Virus record (IMG/VR): IMGVR_UViG_3300040960_001631
Span: 1-64,000 of that record
DNA from: an uncultured virus (IMG/VR IMGVR_UViG_3300040960_001631)
Lineage: Duplodnaviria; Heunggongvirae; Uroviricota; Caudoviricetes
Reading direction: 5' to 3' (one strand)
Length of the DNA stretch: 64,000 bases
The translations under genes and the position numbers were made by a program. Positions 37,001 through 46,565 of this stretch are shown here, one piece after another. The notes under the pieces were generated by a model, which had not been told where the DNA came from, did no database searches, and saw nothing but the letters and a program-made list of their open reading frames with translations. The stretch's first letter is position 1, and every line of letters begins with the position of its first letter.

Positions 37001-38773
37001 ATGATTAAAATTAAAGATTTAACTGTAAAAAACTTCATGAGTGTAGGTAATCAAACTCAAGCAGTTGATTTTAACCATGAGCAATTAACCCTTGTGCTTG
37101 GAGAAAACTTAGATCAAGGCGGTGACGATGCAGGATCACGTAATGGAACAGGTAAAACAACAATAATTAATGCATTATCCTATGCATTATACGGTCAAGC
37201 ACTTACAAATATCAAAAGAAACAATTTAATTAACAAAACTAACTCAAAAGGTATGTTAGTTACACTTCATTTTGAAAAAGGTGGTCAAGATTACAGAATT
37301 GAACGAGGTAGATCTCCTAATATACTTAAATTCTTTGTAAATGATCACGAACAAGAGCTCACAGACGAATCACAAGGTGATAGTCGTAAAACACAAGAAA
37401 CAATTAATGACTTGCTTGGCATGAGTCACGACATGTTTAAACATGTTGTTGCTCTTAATACATATTCAGAACCATTTTTATCAATGAGAGCAAACGATCA
37501 ACGTGCTATTATTGAGCAATTACTTGGTATTACTATACTAACTGAAAAAGCAGACGCACTTAAAGACAAAATTAAATTTACAAAAGACTCTATCACAGAA
37601 GAAACGCTAAAAATTGATGCAATAAAATCTGCAAATGAAAAAATTGAAGCTAGCATAGATGGGTTGTTTAGTAGACAACGTGCATGGACTGCAAAAAAAG
37701 AACAAGACATTTCAAAATTACAAAAAGGTATCGATGAATTAGAAAAAGTTGATATTGATCAAGAATTAGATGCACATGAAAAACTAGCAAATTGGACAGA
37801 AATGAACAATGCTATTTTGGCTCTTAATAAAGAAAAAGGCACACTAGAGAGTGCATTACTACGTGCCACTAAATCTGTTGAAAAGGCAGAAAAAGACATC
37901 GCAAATCTTGACGATGCTACTTGTTATACGTGCGGACAAGCACTACACGAAGATAAAAAAGCAGAAATTGAGTCAAGAAAAACAAAAGAACTAAACGATG
38001 CAATAGCATATCAAACAGAAGTTGCTGATAAACTAGAAGATGTGTTAAAAGGGTTAGCAGATATTGGAGATATCAACGGCAAACCTAATACATTTTACGA
38101 AACTGCTAAAGAAGCTTACGATCACAGAAGCAATGTTGACAACTTAAAGCAAGCACTTGACAATAAAGAACAAGAAGACGATCCTTATCAAGCACAAATT
38201 GATGATCTAAAAGAAACAGCACTTCAAGAAATTAATTGGGAACCAGTAAACGAACTAACTTCGTACAAGGAACACCAAGAATTTTTGTTAAAACTACTTA
38301 CAAACAAAGATTCGTTTATTCGTAAGAAGATTATTGATCAGAATCTTGCATATTTAAACAACAGGCTCACATATTATCTTGATAAACTAGGCTTACCACA
38401 CCAAGTAGTGTTCCAGAATGATCTAAATGTAGAAATTACCCAACTAGGACAAGACTTAGACTTTGATAATTTGTCAAGAGGTGAACGTAACCGCTTGATA
38501 CTTGGACTAAGTTTTGCATTCCGTGATGTTTGGGAGTCGTTATATCAAAATATTAATCTATTGTTTATTGACGAGTTGATTGATAGTGGTATGGATACTG
38601 CTGGTGTTGAGAATTCTCTAGGCATCCTTAAGAAAATGACTAGAGAACGAAACAAAAATATATTTTTAATTAGTCACAAAGACGAATTAGTAGGTCGTGT
38701 CAATCACGTACTAAAAGTTATAAAGGAAAATGGCTTTACATCATATGCAAACGATGTAGATATTGTAGAATAA
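37001..38773 (+). CDS. Recombination ATPase subunit (gp46/Rad50/SbcC-like)
   Basis: Walker A NGTGKTT, coiled coil, zinc hook CYTC, signature LSRGE, Walker B LFIDE, H-loop ISH. Confidence 0.93.
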   Translation: MIKIKDLTVKNFMSVGNQTQAVDFNHEQLTLVLGENLDQGGDDAGSRNGTGKTTIINALSYALYGQALTNIKRNNLINKTNSKGMLVTLHFEKGGQDYRIERGRSPNILKFFVNDHEQELTDESQGDSRKTQETINDLLGMSHDMFKHVVALNTYSEPFLSMRANDQRAIIEQLLGITILTEKADALKDKIKFTKDSITEETLKIDAIKSANEKIEASIDGLFSRQRAWTAKKEQDISKLQKGIDELEKVDIDQELDAHEKLANWTEMNNAILALNKEKGTLESALLRATKSVEKAEKDIANLDDATCYTCGQALHEDKKAEIESRKTKELNDAIAYQTEVADKLEDVLKGLADIGDINGKPNTFYETAKEAYDHRSNVDNLKQALDNKEQEDDPYQAQIDDLKETALQEINWEPVNELTSYKEHQEFLLKLLTNKDSFIRKKIIDQNLAYLNNRLTYYLDKLGLPHQVVFQNDLNVEITQLGQDLDFDNLSRGERNRLILGLSFAFRDVWESLYQNINLLFIDELIDSGMDTAGVENSLGILKKMTRERNKNIFLISHKDELVGRVNHVLKVIKENGFTSYANDVDIVE

Positions 38774-38976
38774 TGGAAGACACTCAAGACAAACTAGTAA
38801 AGGCTTATTTAGAATACTTTAAGGCAAATGAAGTTTTTGAACAACGCAATTCTGTGCGAACTCATAGATATGTAAGAAAATGCTTACGTGATATTAGGGA
38901 TTTAGCAAAAAAACGCATGGAAGAGATACACGAAAAACACAACACTACAAGAAAAACCAAAAAAATAGAAAATTAA
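38773..38976 (+). CDS. Small basic helical protein, possibly nucleic-acid binding
   Basis: 67 aa; TAATG coupling to gp46; K/R-rich helix. Confidence 0.6.
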   Translation: MEDTQDKLVKAYLEYFKANEVFEQRNSVRTHRYVRKCLRDIRDLAKKRMEEIHEKHNTTRKTKKIEN

Positions 38977-38999
38977 AATAGGCATCGGTAAGTAAGTTC

Positions 39000-39449
39000 A
39001 TGCAGTGGACTTATGAAGGAAAACAAATTGATATAATACCTGACGAGTATGAAGGATTTGTTTATCTCATAACCAATCTTACCACTGGGCAAAAGTATGT
39101 AGGCAAAAAACTAGCAAAGTTTAAAACAACTAAGCCACCTCTCAAAGGCAAAAAAAACAAACGCAGAGGCTATAAAGAATCAGACTGGCGTGACTATTGG
39201 GGTTCATCTGATAGACTACAAGCTGATGTTGAAGCACTAGGCCCAGAAAACTTCACTAGAGAAATATTATACCTATGTAAAGGCAGAGGTGAGATGTCTT
39301 ACCTTGAGGCAAGAGAGCAGTTTGAGCGCCGTGTATTAGAAACAGATGAGTATTATAACGGAATTATTAACGTAAGAGTTGGCGGCTCAGACAAACTAAA
39401 GCAAGCTCTATTAGAACACACCATACAGGCAAAACAATCCAACACATAA
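39000..39449 (+). CDS. Stand-alone GIY-YIG-family nuclease-like protein
   Basis: GFVYLITNLTTGQKYVGKK (GIY-YIG variant), YWGSS, conserved Glu helix LEAREQF, YYN; basic insert KPPLKGKKNKRRG. Confidence 0.75.
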   Translation: MQWTYEGKQIDIIPDEYEGFVYLITNLTTGQKYVGKKLAKFKTTKPPLKGKKNKRRGYKESDWRDYWGSSDRLQADVEALGPENFTREILYLCKGRGEMSYLEAREQFERRVLETDEYYNGIINVRVGGSDKLKQALLEHTIQAKQSNT

Positions 39450-39830
39450 GGTTGGCGGGCCAGTTTAGAAATACCGCTGTGGAAAAAGCATCCGTATAGG
39501 AGCACACGTAACACGTTGAGCGGCGTTCGGTAGTAGAGCGTTTGATTGACGTAGACTGATTGTTGGCTGTCGAAAAACTGCACATTACACATAAAAACCG
39601 TATGCACTAGGAACGAAGCAACGGGTAGAAGTATAGTGTATTAGCTATAATTTAGAATTATTGCTTGTAAGCTATATTTTGATGTCGACGTAGGTTGGGA
39701 AAGGTCAGAGCCCATTGTGTAGCAGATAAACACCTACTTCCAAGTCTCGGCTGGAGCGGACTCACATGAAGCATTTTCTTGAGTTTGATGGAACCGTAAC
39801 AGGTTCCGTCTGACTGAAACAATCTACATG
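39450..39830 (+). ncRNA. Candidate large structured non-coding RNA
   Basis: No credible ORF; more G/C-rich than flanking spacers; many nested helices with G-U pairs on the + strand (see findings). Confidence 0.6.
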
Positions 39831-39973
39831 AAACTTAAACATTATTACTTCGTAATAATGTGTTTTCTTCATAATAACTTATATCAACAAACGAAGTGTA
39901 ATAGTTTGAGCGATAGCGAAAACTTAATTCGCATAGCGAATTACATAAATATGTTATAGGAGATATTAACACT

Positions 39974-40450
39974 ATGAAAATTAATGAAATGTCTAATTTA
40001 GAACTTGATGAATTTATCCCTTTAACTAAAAGGAGTAGGGCATTACGCAAAGCAGAGAAAAAAGGTGCTGCTGATATGCAAGCCAGTGTTGATAATCTTA
40101 AAAATGAACTAGGATCATATCTTGGCGCTCAAGGAAAGCGTGTAAAAACAGCAACAACTGATGATGTTATTGCATTTCTTAAAACAAAAAATGTAGACAC
40201 TAGTGATATTGGTACTAGTGATCCAATGACTCCAAAACGCATTGATAATATTTTTAAAGTAAAGGTGCAAAGAAAAATGTCGGGGCAACAAGTTACCCCT
40301 AAGCAAGATACTGCAACAAGTAGCAACGACGAAGAAAATCCAAAAATTAGCAATTACGCACAAGCAAGGAAACTTGCTGCTGGATTAAATGCTAAAGAAA
40401 AGCGTAGGCTTGCTGATCAACTTTTAAAAAGTATAAAAACAAAAAATTAA
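39974..40450 (+). CDS. Hypothetical basic protein (late)
   Basis: 158 aa; AGGAG RBS; TAAATA at 39946; N-terminus MKINE. Confidence 0.7.
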   Translation: MKINEMSNLELDEFIPLTKRSRALRKAEKKGAADMQASVDNLKNELGSYLGAQGKRVKTATTDDVIAFLKTKNVDTSDIGTSDPMTPKRIDNIFKVKVQRKMSGQQVTPKQDTATSSNDEENPKISNYAQARKLAAGLNAKEKRRLADQLLKSIKTKN

Positions 40451-40686
40451 AAGAAGGGCAAACCGCTTTTCTTAGTAGTTTCTAAATTATCTTTAATTAT
40501 ATCACCAATAAGTTGTTTGTCTTCGTGTGAAAGCATATATGCTTCATCAATAGTAACACCACCTCGCATATACCAACAAATCTTTAATAGTTCTGATTTA
40601 ATTTCTTTTTGGTGACTCTCAATCTTTTTGGATTCTTCTAGGATCTCACCCAGACTAAGGGGTAAGATCCTTATGCGAAAAAATTT
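40447..40686 (-). CDS. gp51-like/gpT-like reading frame, probably reached by -1 frameshift (not in ORF track)
   Basis: Open frame KFFRIRILPLSLGEILEESKKIESHQKEIKSELLKICWYMRGGVTIDEAYMLSHEDKQLIGDIIKDNLETTKKSGLPFF*; overlaps the upstream stop in the -1 frame. Confidence 0.65.
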   Translation of the reverse strand, partial: KFFRIRILPLSLGEILEESKKIESHQKEIKSELLKICWYMRGGVTIDEAYMLSHEDKQLIGDIIKDNLETTKKSGLPFF

Positions 40687-41540
40687 GATTGGTCAAACAC
40701 TATTGGTACTGACCATTTAGCAGGAGCACCTTCTGCTATTTCTTCGTCAGTGCTGTGAATTTCTAATGGTTTAATAGAAAATTTATCTTTTTGTGCATTC
40801 AAATGCTCTGTAAGTTCTGTATAAAAACTTTTGTCTACATTTTCAATAAATTCTTGAATATGCGCAGGATTTGTTACAGAATCATCTCCTACGTCTATTC
40901 TTGATATACTTTTTGATATTGTAAACACAGTAAGTTCGGTAAGTTTCATAAAACTTTGATTAAACTTTTTAATTTTTTCTGAATCAGGAATACCATCGTC
41001 ATTAACAAGTGCAAAAATACGTTGTTCTTCAAAAGTTTTCATGCTAGCTTCTGTAAACTCTTCGTATGTTAGAGGTCTTAGATGTACTTTCATGTCGTTG
41101 ATTTCAAAAATATCTTCAAAGGTATTTGTTACAAGAGAATTTAATACTTGTCTTAGATCTAATGTATAGCTTTTTTCAACATTAATATTAGGAACAGTAG
41201 TATTAATATCCATCTTGTCGCCATACGTAGCTAATCTAATTGCAATTAGTACAGCGTCTAGATCAACACTTGGTAGTTTCCATGCATTTTTTATATTAGG
41301 AACACAACTTTGAATAACACTTACAGTTGCTTCGCCATTAAGAAGTGCATCAGGAGTTTTCATAGTAAGCTCGTCTTTTGCTGTCATAGCATATACTGGT
41401 AATTCACCGTTGTCTGGCATATCTAGTGTACCTGCAGGCCAGTATTTGCCTTGACTAGGTAATGTAATGTATACTTTAGCTTGTCTAAAGTATTTCTTTA
41501 GAGGATTGTCCTCATATTGTGTAGGGTTAAATTCTACCAT
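40671..41540 (-). CDS. Baseplate hub/tail assembly chaperone (gp26-like)
   Basis: 289 aa; ITLPSQGKYW...PVYAMTAKDELTMKTPDALLNG...VDLDAVLIAIRLATYG; ends SNFFA. Confidence 0.7.
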   Translation of the reverse strand: MVEFNPTQYEDNPLKKYFRQAKVYITLPSQGKYWPAGTLDMPDNGELPVYAMTAKDELTMKTPDALLNGEATVSVIQSCVPNIKNAWKLPSVDLDAVLIAIRLATYGDKMDINTTVPNINVEKSYTLDLRQVLNSLVTNTFEDIFEINDMKVHLRPLTYEEFTEASMKTFEEQRIFALVNDDGIPDSEKIKKFNQSFMKLTELTVFTISKSISRIDVGDDSVTNPAHIQEFIENVDKSFYTELTEHLNAQKDKFSIKPLEIHSTDEEIAEGAPAKWSVPIVFDQSNFFA

Positions 41541-41618
41541 GATTATCTCCGTATAAATACAATTATAAAAATATGTATCTATTTTATTTATATACGTAGT
41601 TAACTAGGAATTAATGTT

Positions 41619-44534
41619 TTGGCTGAACAAGTAGAAATTACTAATGTAGGCGGTGAAGGCCTTGCTAGCGAAGCAACTCTTCAAAATCTGCTGGCTGCAA
41701 TGAGAGATCTAGGCGGCGAGAAAGGAAAATCGGCTGCTGCTAAAGCTCAAAAACTTTATACCCAGGCACAAAAAGACGGTATAAAAATTATAGATACTGA
41801 AGCAGACTCTAGAGAAAAAAATACAGAAAATCTAAAAGACAACACATCTAAACTACAAAAATTTGGACAAGCATTATCAGATGCTGCTGTTTCAGGTTTA
41901 TTTGCAGTAGGTGCTTCTTTAAAAAATCTAACTACTGAACTAATGTTTGGCGGAGACGAGCTGTCTGACTTTGCCAAACACATTCCTATTGTAGGAGGAC
42001 ATTTAAGCCTATTAACCGGAATGATAGATTCAAATATGTCTGCATTTAGAGAATTAAGTGCAGTAGGTGCACGTTTTGGCGACGGATTAAATGATATTAG
42101 AGCAGCATCGGCTGCTGCTGCAATGCCATTAGATGAATTTGTTAATCTAGTTTCTGAAAATTCGATGGTAATGAAAATGTTTGGTTCAGATGTAGCTTCA
42201 GGTGCAAAGTCATTTGCAGCAATGAGTAAAGAACTACGTGACGGTCCAGGTCGAGCATTAATGGGCCTTGGTTTTACATCAACTGAATTAAACGAATTAT
42301 TAGTAGACTATGCAGACATTCAAGCAGGCGCATTTACACGAGATAGAATACAGGGTAGAATAACAGCTAAAAATGCAGCTGAATTTGGTGAACAACTTAA
42401 TGCATTATCTGCTGCAACAGGTAAACGCCGCGATCAGATAATGGAAGAAATAAAAGCACAACAGGCTGACATAAGAATTAGAGCAGCAATGAGCAGATAC
42501 ACCGGTGAAGAAGGCGAACGTTTCCGTGCAAACATAGGTACAGTAAGCGGTATTTCAAAAGGTCTTGCAGATGCACTAGTTGACTTTGATGATGGTATTC
42601 CGACTAATGAGTCTACTAGAAGACTAATGCAGTTTAGTGATACATTTGCACAATTAGGTGACGATGTTGAAAATATGAATCCGCGAGAACTTAATAATTT
42701 TGTTGTTGGAGTTCGTCAAGATCTAGAAGAATATGCTAGAGTAAATAACACAACTGTAGAAGAACTATCTAAATCTATACCGGGTTTAGAATCTGTATTT
42801 GGAATAGTAGGCGAAACTGCACATATGGCAGAGATGTCTCTAGAACAGTTTGCAGAAATGCAACGCAAAGCTGCAGAAGAAGCAAATAGGAATGAAGGTT
42901 TAAAACAACTTGGAGAAACTGTAAGACAGTTTAGGGGTGCATTACTAGATGCATTTATCGAAGGTGGTGTATTAAAAACTATTACAACAGAATTTGATAA
43001 ACTTGCAACTACTCTAAGTGATTTTGTTAAATCGCCTGCATTCAAAGAAGGTCTTGAAAATATAACAGAAACAATACAAACATTTATTTCTAATTTCCAA
43101 AATTTTGATTTAAAAACTGCACTCTTTGGAGGAAAAAAAGGAGACAAACTGTCTGATGGTACTGTTCTTGAAAACGATGTTGCAGGATTATTTGGTGGCG
43201 ACGGCGGGGGATTTAGCGGAATGTTTGGAGATTTTGTAAGCAATGCATTTAAATCCTTATTACCAAGTTTAGATACTGCGTTAATTGGAATAGCAGCGGG
43301 TATTGCTGCACTTGTGTTTGCACCTGTAGCAGCACCTTTCCTTGCTATAGGCGCAGCACTAACAGCGATGTTTGGTTGGGAAACTATTAAAGGTTGGGTA
43401 AGTGACGGCTGGGACGCTATAACAGGAGTGTTTACAAGTATTGGAGAATGGTTTAGTGCAAGTAAAATTAAAGAAAAACTAGTAGAAGCTTGGGATAGTG
43501 TAACCGGAGTGTTTACTAGTATTAAAGATTGGTGGCTTAATACAAGTATTGGAGAAATGCTCAGTAATGCATGGAACAGCGTAACTGGAGTGTTTACTAG
43601 CTTAGGTGATTGGTGGGCTAATTTTAGTTTTGGTGAATTTATTGACAACACGTTAGTTAAGATATGGGATAATGCTGGCGCGGCATTTAGTAGTATAAGT
43701 GAATGGTTCTCTAATTTTTCAATTACTGAGACATTAACTAATATGTGGAATACTGTAAAAGGTTTCTTTAGCTTTGGTGATGGAACTAGTTTTAGTATTA
43801 GTCAACTAGCAACCGATGCATGGGAAACTGTAAAAGGTTTCTTTAGCTTTGGAGGTGGCGAAGAAGGAACATCCTTTAGTATAACTAGTTTGTTATCAGA
43901 TGCTTGGGCAACTATTACAGGATTCTTTAGTTTAGAAAATTTTGAACTTCCTAGTATTAGTAGCATGTTCCAAGGAATAATAGATGCTGTAAAAGGATTC
44001 TTTACATTTGATTTTGAAATGCCAAACTTTAAAGCATACCTTCCTAAATGGTTAGGCGGCGAAGGCAAATCTTTATTTGGCGGCAGCGATGATGTTGCAA
44101 GTGCAACTCCTCCAGAACCACCAGATGTTACACCTGCTGCAGAAGGCGGAGCAGCACTCGCTGATGCACAATCCGCAATAGCTACATTTGCAAATTTAGA
44201 TGGATTACAAAATAATTTAGATATTTTAAAAACAGGACTTGACGTAAACAGTGTTTTAAGTTATACTAATGCTATGAAACAATTGGTTGAAGTTCTTGGT
44301 GAATTAAACGAAGAACTTGCTAAAGATAATAAATTTGGTCCTGGTACAGGCGAAAATGCAGGAAGTGTATTAGCTAAAATGGATTCAGTTGGCGGTGGCG
44401 GAGCCGGTGGAGAAGAAGTAAATAGTAGTTTACAAGAAATCTTAGCAGTGCTACGTGCTCAAAACACTAAAACAAATCAAATCGAAGTAAACACCCGAGC
44501 AAGAGGCCTTGACATATCTAGGACAGTGAGTTAA
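41619..44534 (+). CDS. Tape measure protein
   Basis: 971 aa, helical and Ala/Gly-rich; hydrophobic segment; Trp repeats with 11/22-residue spacing (WDAITGVFTSIGEWF, WDSVTGVFTSIKDWW, WNSVTGVFTSLGDWW); TTG start. Confidence 0.75.
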   Translation: MAEQVEITNVGGEGLASEATLQNLLAAMRDLGGEKGKSAAAKAQKLYTQAQKDGIKIIDTEADSREKNTENLKDNTSKLQKFGQALSDAAVSGLFAVGASLKNLTTELMFGGDELSDFAKHIPIVGGHLSLLTGMIDSNMSAFRELSAVGARFGDGLNDIRAASAAAAMPLDEFVNLVSENSMVMKMFGSDVASGAKSFAAMSKELRDGPGRALMGLGFTSTELNELLVDYADIQAGAFTRDRIQGRITAKNAAEFGEQLNALSAATGKRRDQIMEEIKAQQADIRIRAAMSRYTGEEGERFRANIGTVSGISKGLADALVDFDDGIPTNESTRRLMQFSDTFAQLGDDVENMNPRELNNFVVGVRQDLEEYARVNNTTVEELSKSIPGLESVFGIVGETAHMAEMSLEQFAEMQRKAAEEANRNEGLKQLGETVRQFRGALLDAFIEGGVLKTITTEFDKLATTLSDFVKSPAFKEGLENITETIQTFISNFQNFDLKTALFGGKKGDKLSDGTVLENDVAGLFGGDGGGFSGMFGDFVSNAFKSLLPSLDTALIGIAAGIAALVFAPVAAPFLAIGAALTAMFGWETIKGWVSDGWDAITGVFTSIGEWFSASKIKEKLVEAWDSVTGVFTSIKDWWLNTSIGEMLSNAWNSVTGVFTSLGDWWANFSFGEFIDNTLVKIWDNAGAAFSSISEWFSNFSITETLTNMWNTVKGFFSFGDGTSFSISQLATDAWETVKGFFSFGGGEEGTSFSITSLLSDAWATITGFFSLENFELPSISSMFQGIIDAVKGFFTFDFEMPNFKAYLPKWLGGEGKSLFGGSDDVASATPPEPPDVTPAAEGGAALADAQSAIATFANLDGLQNNLDILKTGLDVNSVLSYTNAMKQLVEVLGELNEELAKDNKFGPGTGENAGSVLAKMDSVGGGGAGGEEVNSSLQEILAVLRAQNTKTNQIEVNTRARGLDISRTVS

Positions 44535-44546
44535 TTGGAGAACTAA

Positions 44547-46298
44547 ATGAGTTGGAAAAAATATTTTACACCAGTGCCTACAGGAAATAATCCCGGCGGA
44601 TCCTATTCTCCATTTACAAATACAAGGGGCGGAGGATCGATGGCAGGTCCTGCACGTTCTAACTACTCATCATATCTTCCAGATGTGTATGTAGGTTCGC
44701 CTAATCGTGTCGAACGTTACGGACAGTACAACACAATGGATTTAGATTCTGAAGTTAATGCAGCACTAGATATCCTTGCAGAATTTTGTACACAAGAAAA
44801 CAAAAGAAATCAAACACCATTTATAATTGATTTTAAATCTGAAGCAACAAATTCAGAAACAACTATTATTCAAAAGTATCTACAACAATGGTGTAAGCTA
44901 CAAAATTTTGAAACACGCATGTTTCGTATATTAAGAAATGTGTTCAAATATGGAGATCAATTCTTTTTACGTGATCCAGAAACTAAAAAATTATTTCATG
45001 TTGATCCTGCAAACGTAACTCGTATTATTGTTAACGAAAGTGAAGGAAAACTACCAGAACAGTATGTAATTAAAAATATTAATTTTAATTTTAAAGAAAT
45101 GGTAGCTACAACTCCTTACCAAACAAATGGCAACATCACAGGTGGTGGTGGTTCACAATATGAACCAACTGGTGGTGCCCGTGGAATGGTAGGAAAACCG
45201 CAACAAAGTATGAGCGGTAGTAGATTTACTACAGACGACGGCGAAGTTACTGTTGATGCTACACATATGGTACACCTTTCACTATCAGAAGGTTTAGACA
45301 ATAACTTTCCTTTTGGCAATAGTTTGTTAGAAACTATTTTTAAAGTTTACAAGCAAAAGGAATTGCTTGAGGATGCGATTATTATCTATCGTGTCCAACG
45401 TGCGCCGGAGCGCAGAGTATTCTACGTTGATGTGGGTAACATGCCATCGCACTTAGCGATGCAATTTGTAGAACGTGTTAAGACGGAAATCCATCAAAGA
45501 AGGATCCCATCGTCAACAGGGGGCGGTCAGAATGTCATAGACTCATCATACAATCCTCTATCAATCAACGAAGACTACTTCTTCCCGCAGACCGCAGAAG
45601 GTAGAGGCTCTAAAGTTGAAACGCTTCCAGGTGGCACTAACTTAGGAGAAATTGATGACCTTAGATACTTTACTAATAAGTTGGTACGCGGATTACGTAT
45701 CCCATCTTCGTACCTACCTACTGGAGCAGATGATTCAGCAGCACAATATAATGATGGACGTGTGGGAACAGCATATATCCAGGAGTTACGCTTTAATACC
45801 TATTGTGAACGTTTGCAGGGCTTAGTTGCAGAAGAGTTTAATCAAGAATTTAAACGTTATATGCTAGAAAAAGGAATTAATGTTGATGTTGCAATGTTTG
45901 ACATTAAATTTCAACCACCGCAAAACTTTGCAGCATATCGTCAAAGTGAAATTGACAATGCACGTATTCCAACATTTACACAAATGAGTGCAATACCATA
46001 TGTTTCAAATCGTTTTGCAATGAAACGTTTCTTAGGTATGACAGATGAAGAGATTGCAGAAAACGAACGTCTATGGCGAGAAGAGAATGACGAAGATCTA
46101 ACTGCAATGCCAGGTACTTCTGATGCAGAATTAAGAGATGCAGGTATAAGTTCAGCAGGAATTGGCTCAGATTTGGATAATATAGAAGATGAGAGTGCTA
46201 CAGAAACACCGTCAGAAGATGGCGGAACTGACGGCGGCCCAGAAAGTGCTACAGATACACAAATAGGTTCTACAGCAAATACCGAACAAACTTTATAA
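44547..46298 (+). CDS. Portal protein (gp20-like)
   Basis: LLEDAIIIYRVQRAPERRVFYVDVGNMP, EDYFFP..AEGRGSKVETLPGG, LRIPSSYL. Confidence 0.95.
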   Translation: MSWKKYFTPVPTGNNPGGSYSPFTNTRGGGSMAGPARSNYSSYLPDVYVGSPNRVERYGQYNTMDLDSEVNAALDILAEFCTQENKRNQTPFIIDFKSEATNSETTIIQKYLQQWCKLQNFETRMFRILRNVFKYGDQFFLRDPETKKLFHVDPANVTRIIVNESEGKLPEQYVIKNINFNFKEMVATTPYQTNGNITGGGGSQYEPTGGARGMVGKPQQSMSGSRFTTDDGEVTVDATHMVHLSLSEGLDNNFPFGNSLLETIFKVYKQKELLEDAIIIYRVQRAPERRVFYVDVGNMPSHLAMQFVERVKTEIHQRRIPSSTGGGQNVIDSSYNPLSINEDYFFPQTAEGRGSKVETLPGGTNLGEIDDLRYFTNKLVRGLRIPSSYLPTGADDSAAQYNDGRVGTAYIQELRFNTYCERLQGLVAEEFNQEFKRYMLEKGINVDVAMFDIKFQPPQNFAAYRQSEIDNARIPTFTQMSAIPYVSNRFAMKRFLGMTDEEIAENERLWREENDEDLTAMPGTSDAELRDAGISSAGIGSDLDNIEDESATETPSEDGGTDGGPESATDTQIGSTANTEQTL

Positions 46299-46306
46299 AT
46301 AATACT

Positions 46307-46564
46307 ATGATACTACGTGAACTTTTTTACTTTGATAATTTAACTGTTGATCCTGTAGACGACAAACGCTACGAGGAAGACTCTGATGACTCAATTATTA
46401 GTAAAAAAGATACTCGTAAAACAAGATTAAAGTTATATCAAATTAATAGAATTCGCAAAGCATCCGAACTACATACAGAAAAGAAGCAAGAAGACTTGCA
46501 CTTTATTAGACAAATGTATGGAATTGCTGCTCAAACAGCAGCAGGGGAAGCTGGCGGATTATAA
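46307..46564 (+). CDS. Hypothetical protein in the head operon
   Basis: 85 aa; TATAAATA at 46294; DTRKTRL...QMYG. Confidence 0.7.
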   Translation: MILRELFYFDNLTVDPVDDKRYEEDSDDSIISKKDTRKTRLKLYQINRIRKASELHTEKKQEDLHFIRQMYGIAAQTAAGEAGGL

Positions 46565-46565
46565 T

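Noticed and set aside
39353..39607. Minus-strand ORFs overlapping the GIY-YIG end and the ncRNA
   Set aside because: Overlap a real gene, lack an RBS and have atypical composition.
39450..39830. Group I or group II intron associated with the GIY-YIG ORF
   Set aside because: No interrupted host gene is evident and I could not identify group I core elements. AACCGTATGC...GCAACGG (39596-624) only loosely resembles group II domain V, lacks the AGC/CGC triad, and there is no reverse transcriptase. Not fully excluded without a covariance search.
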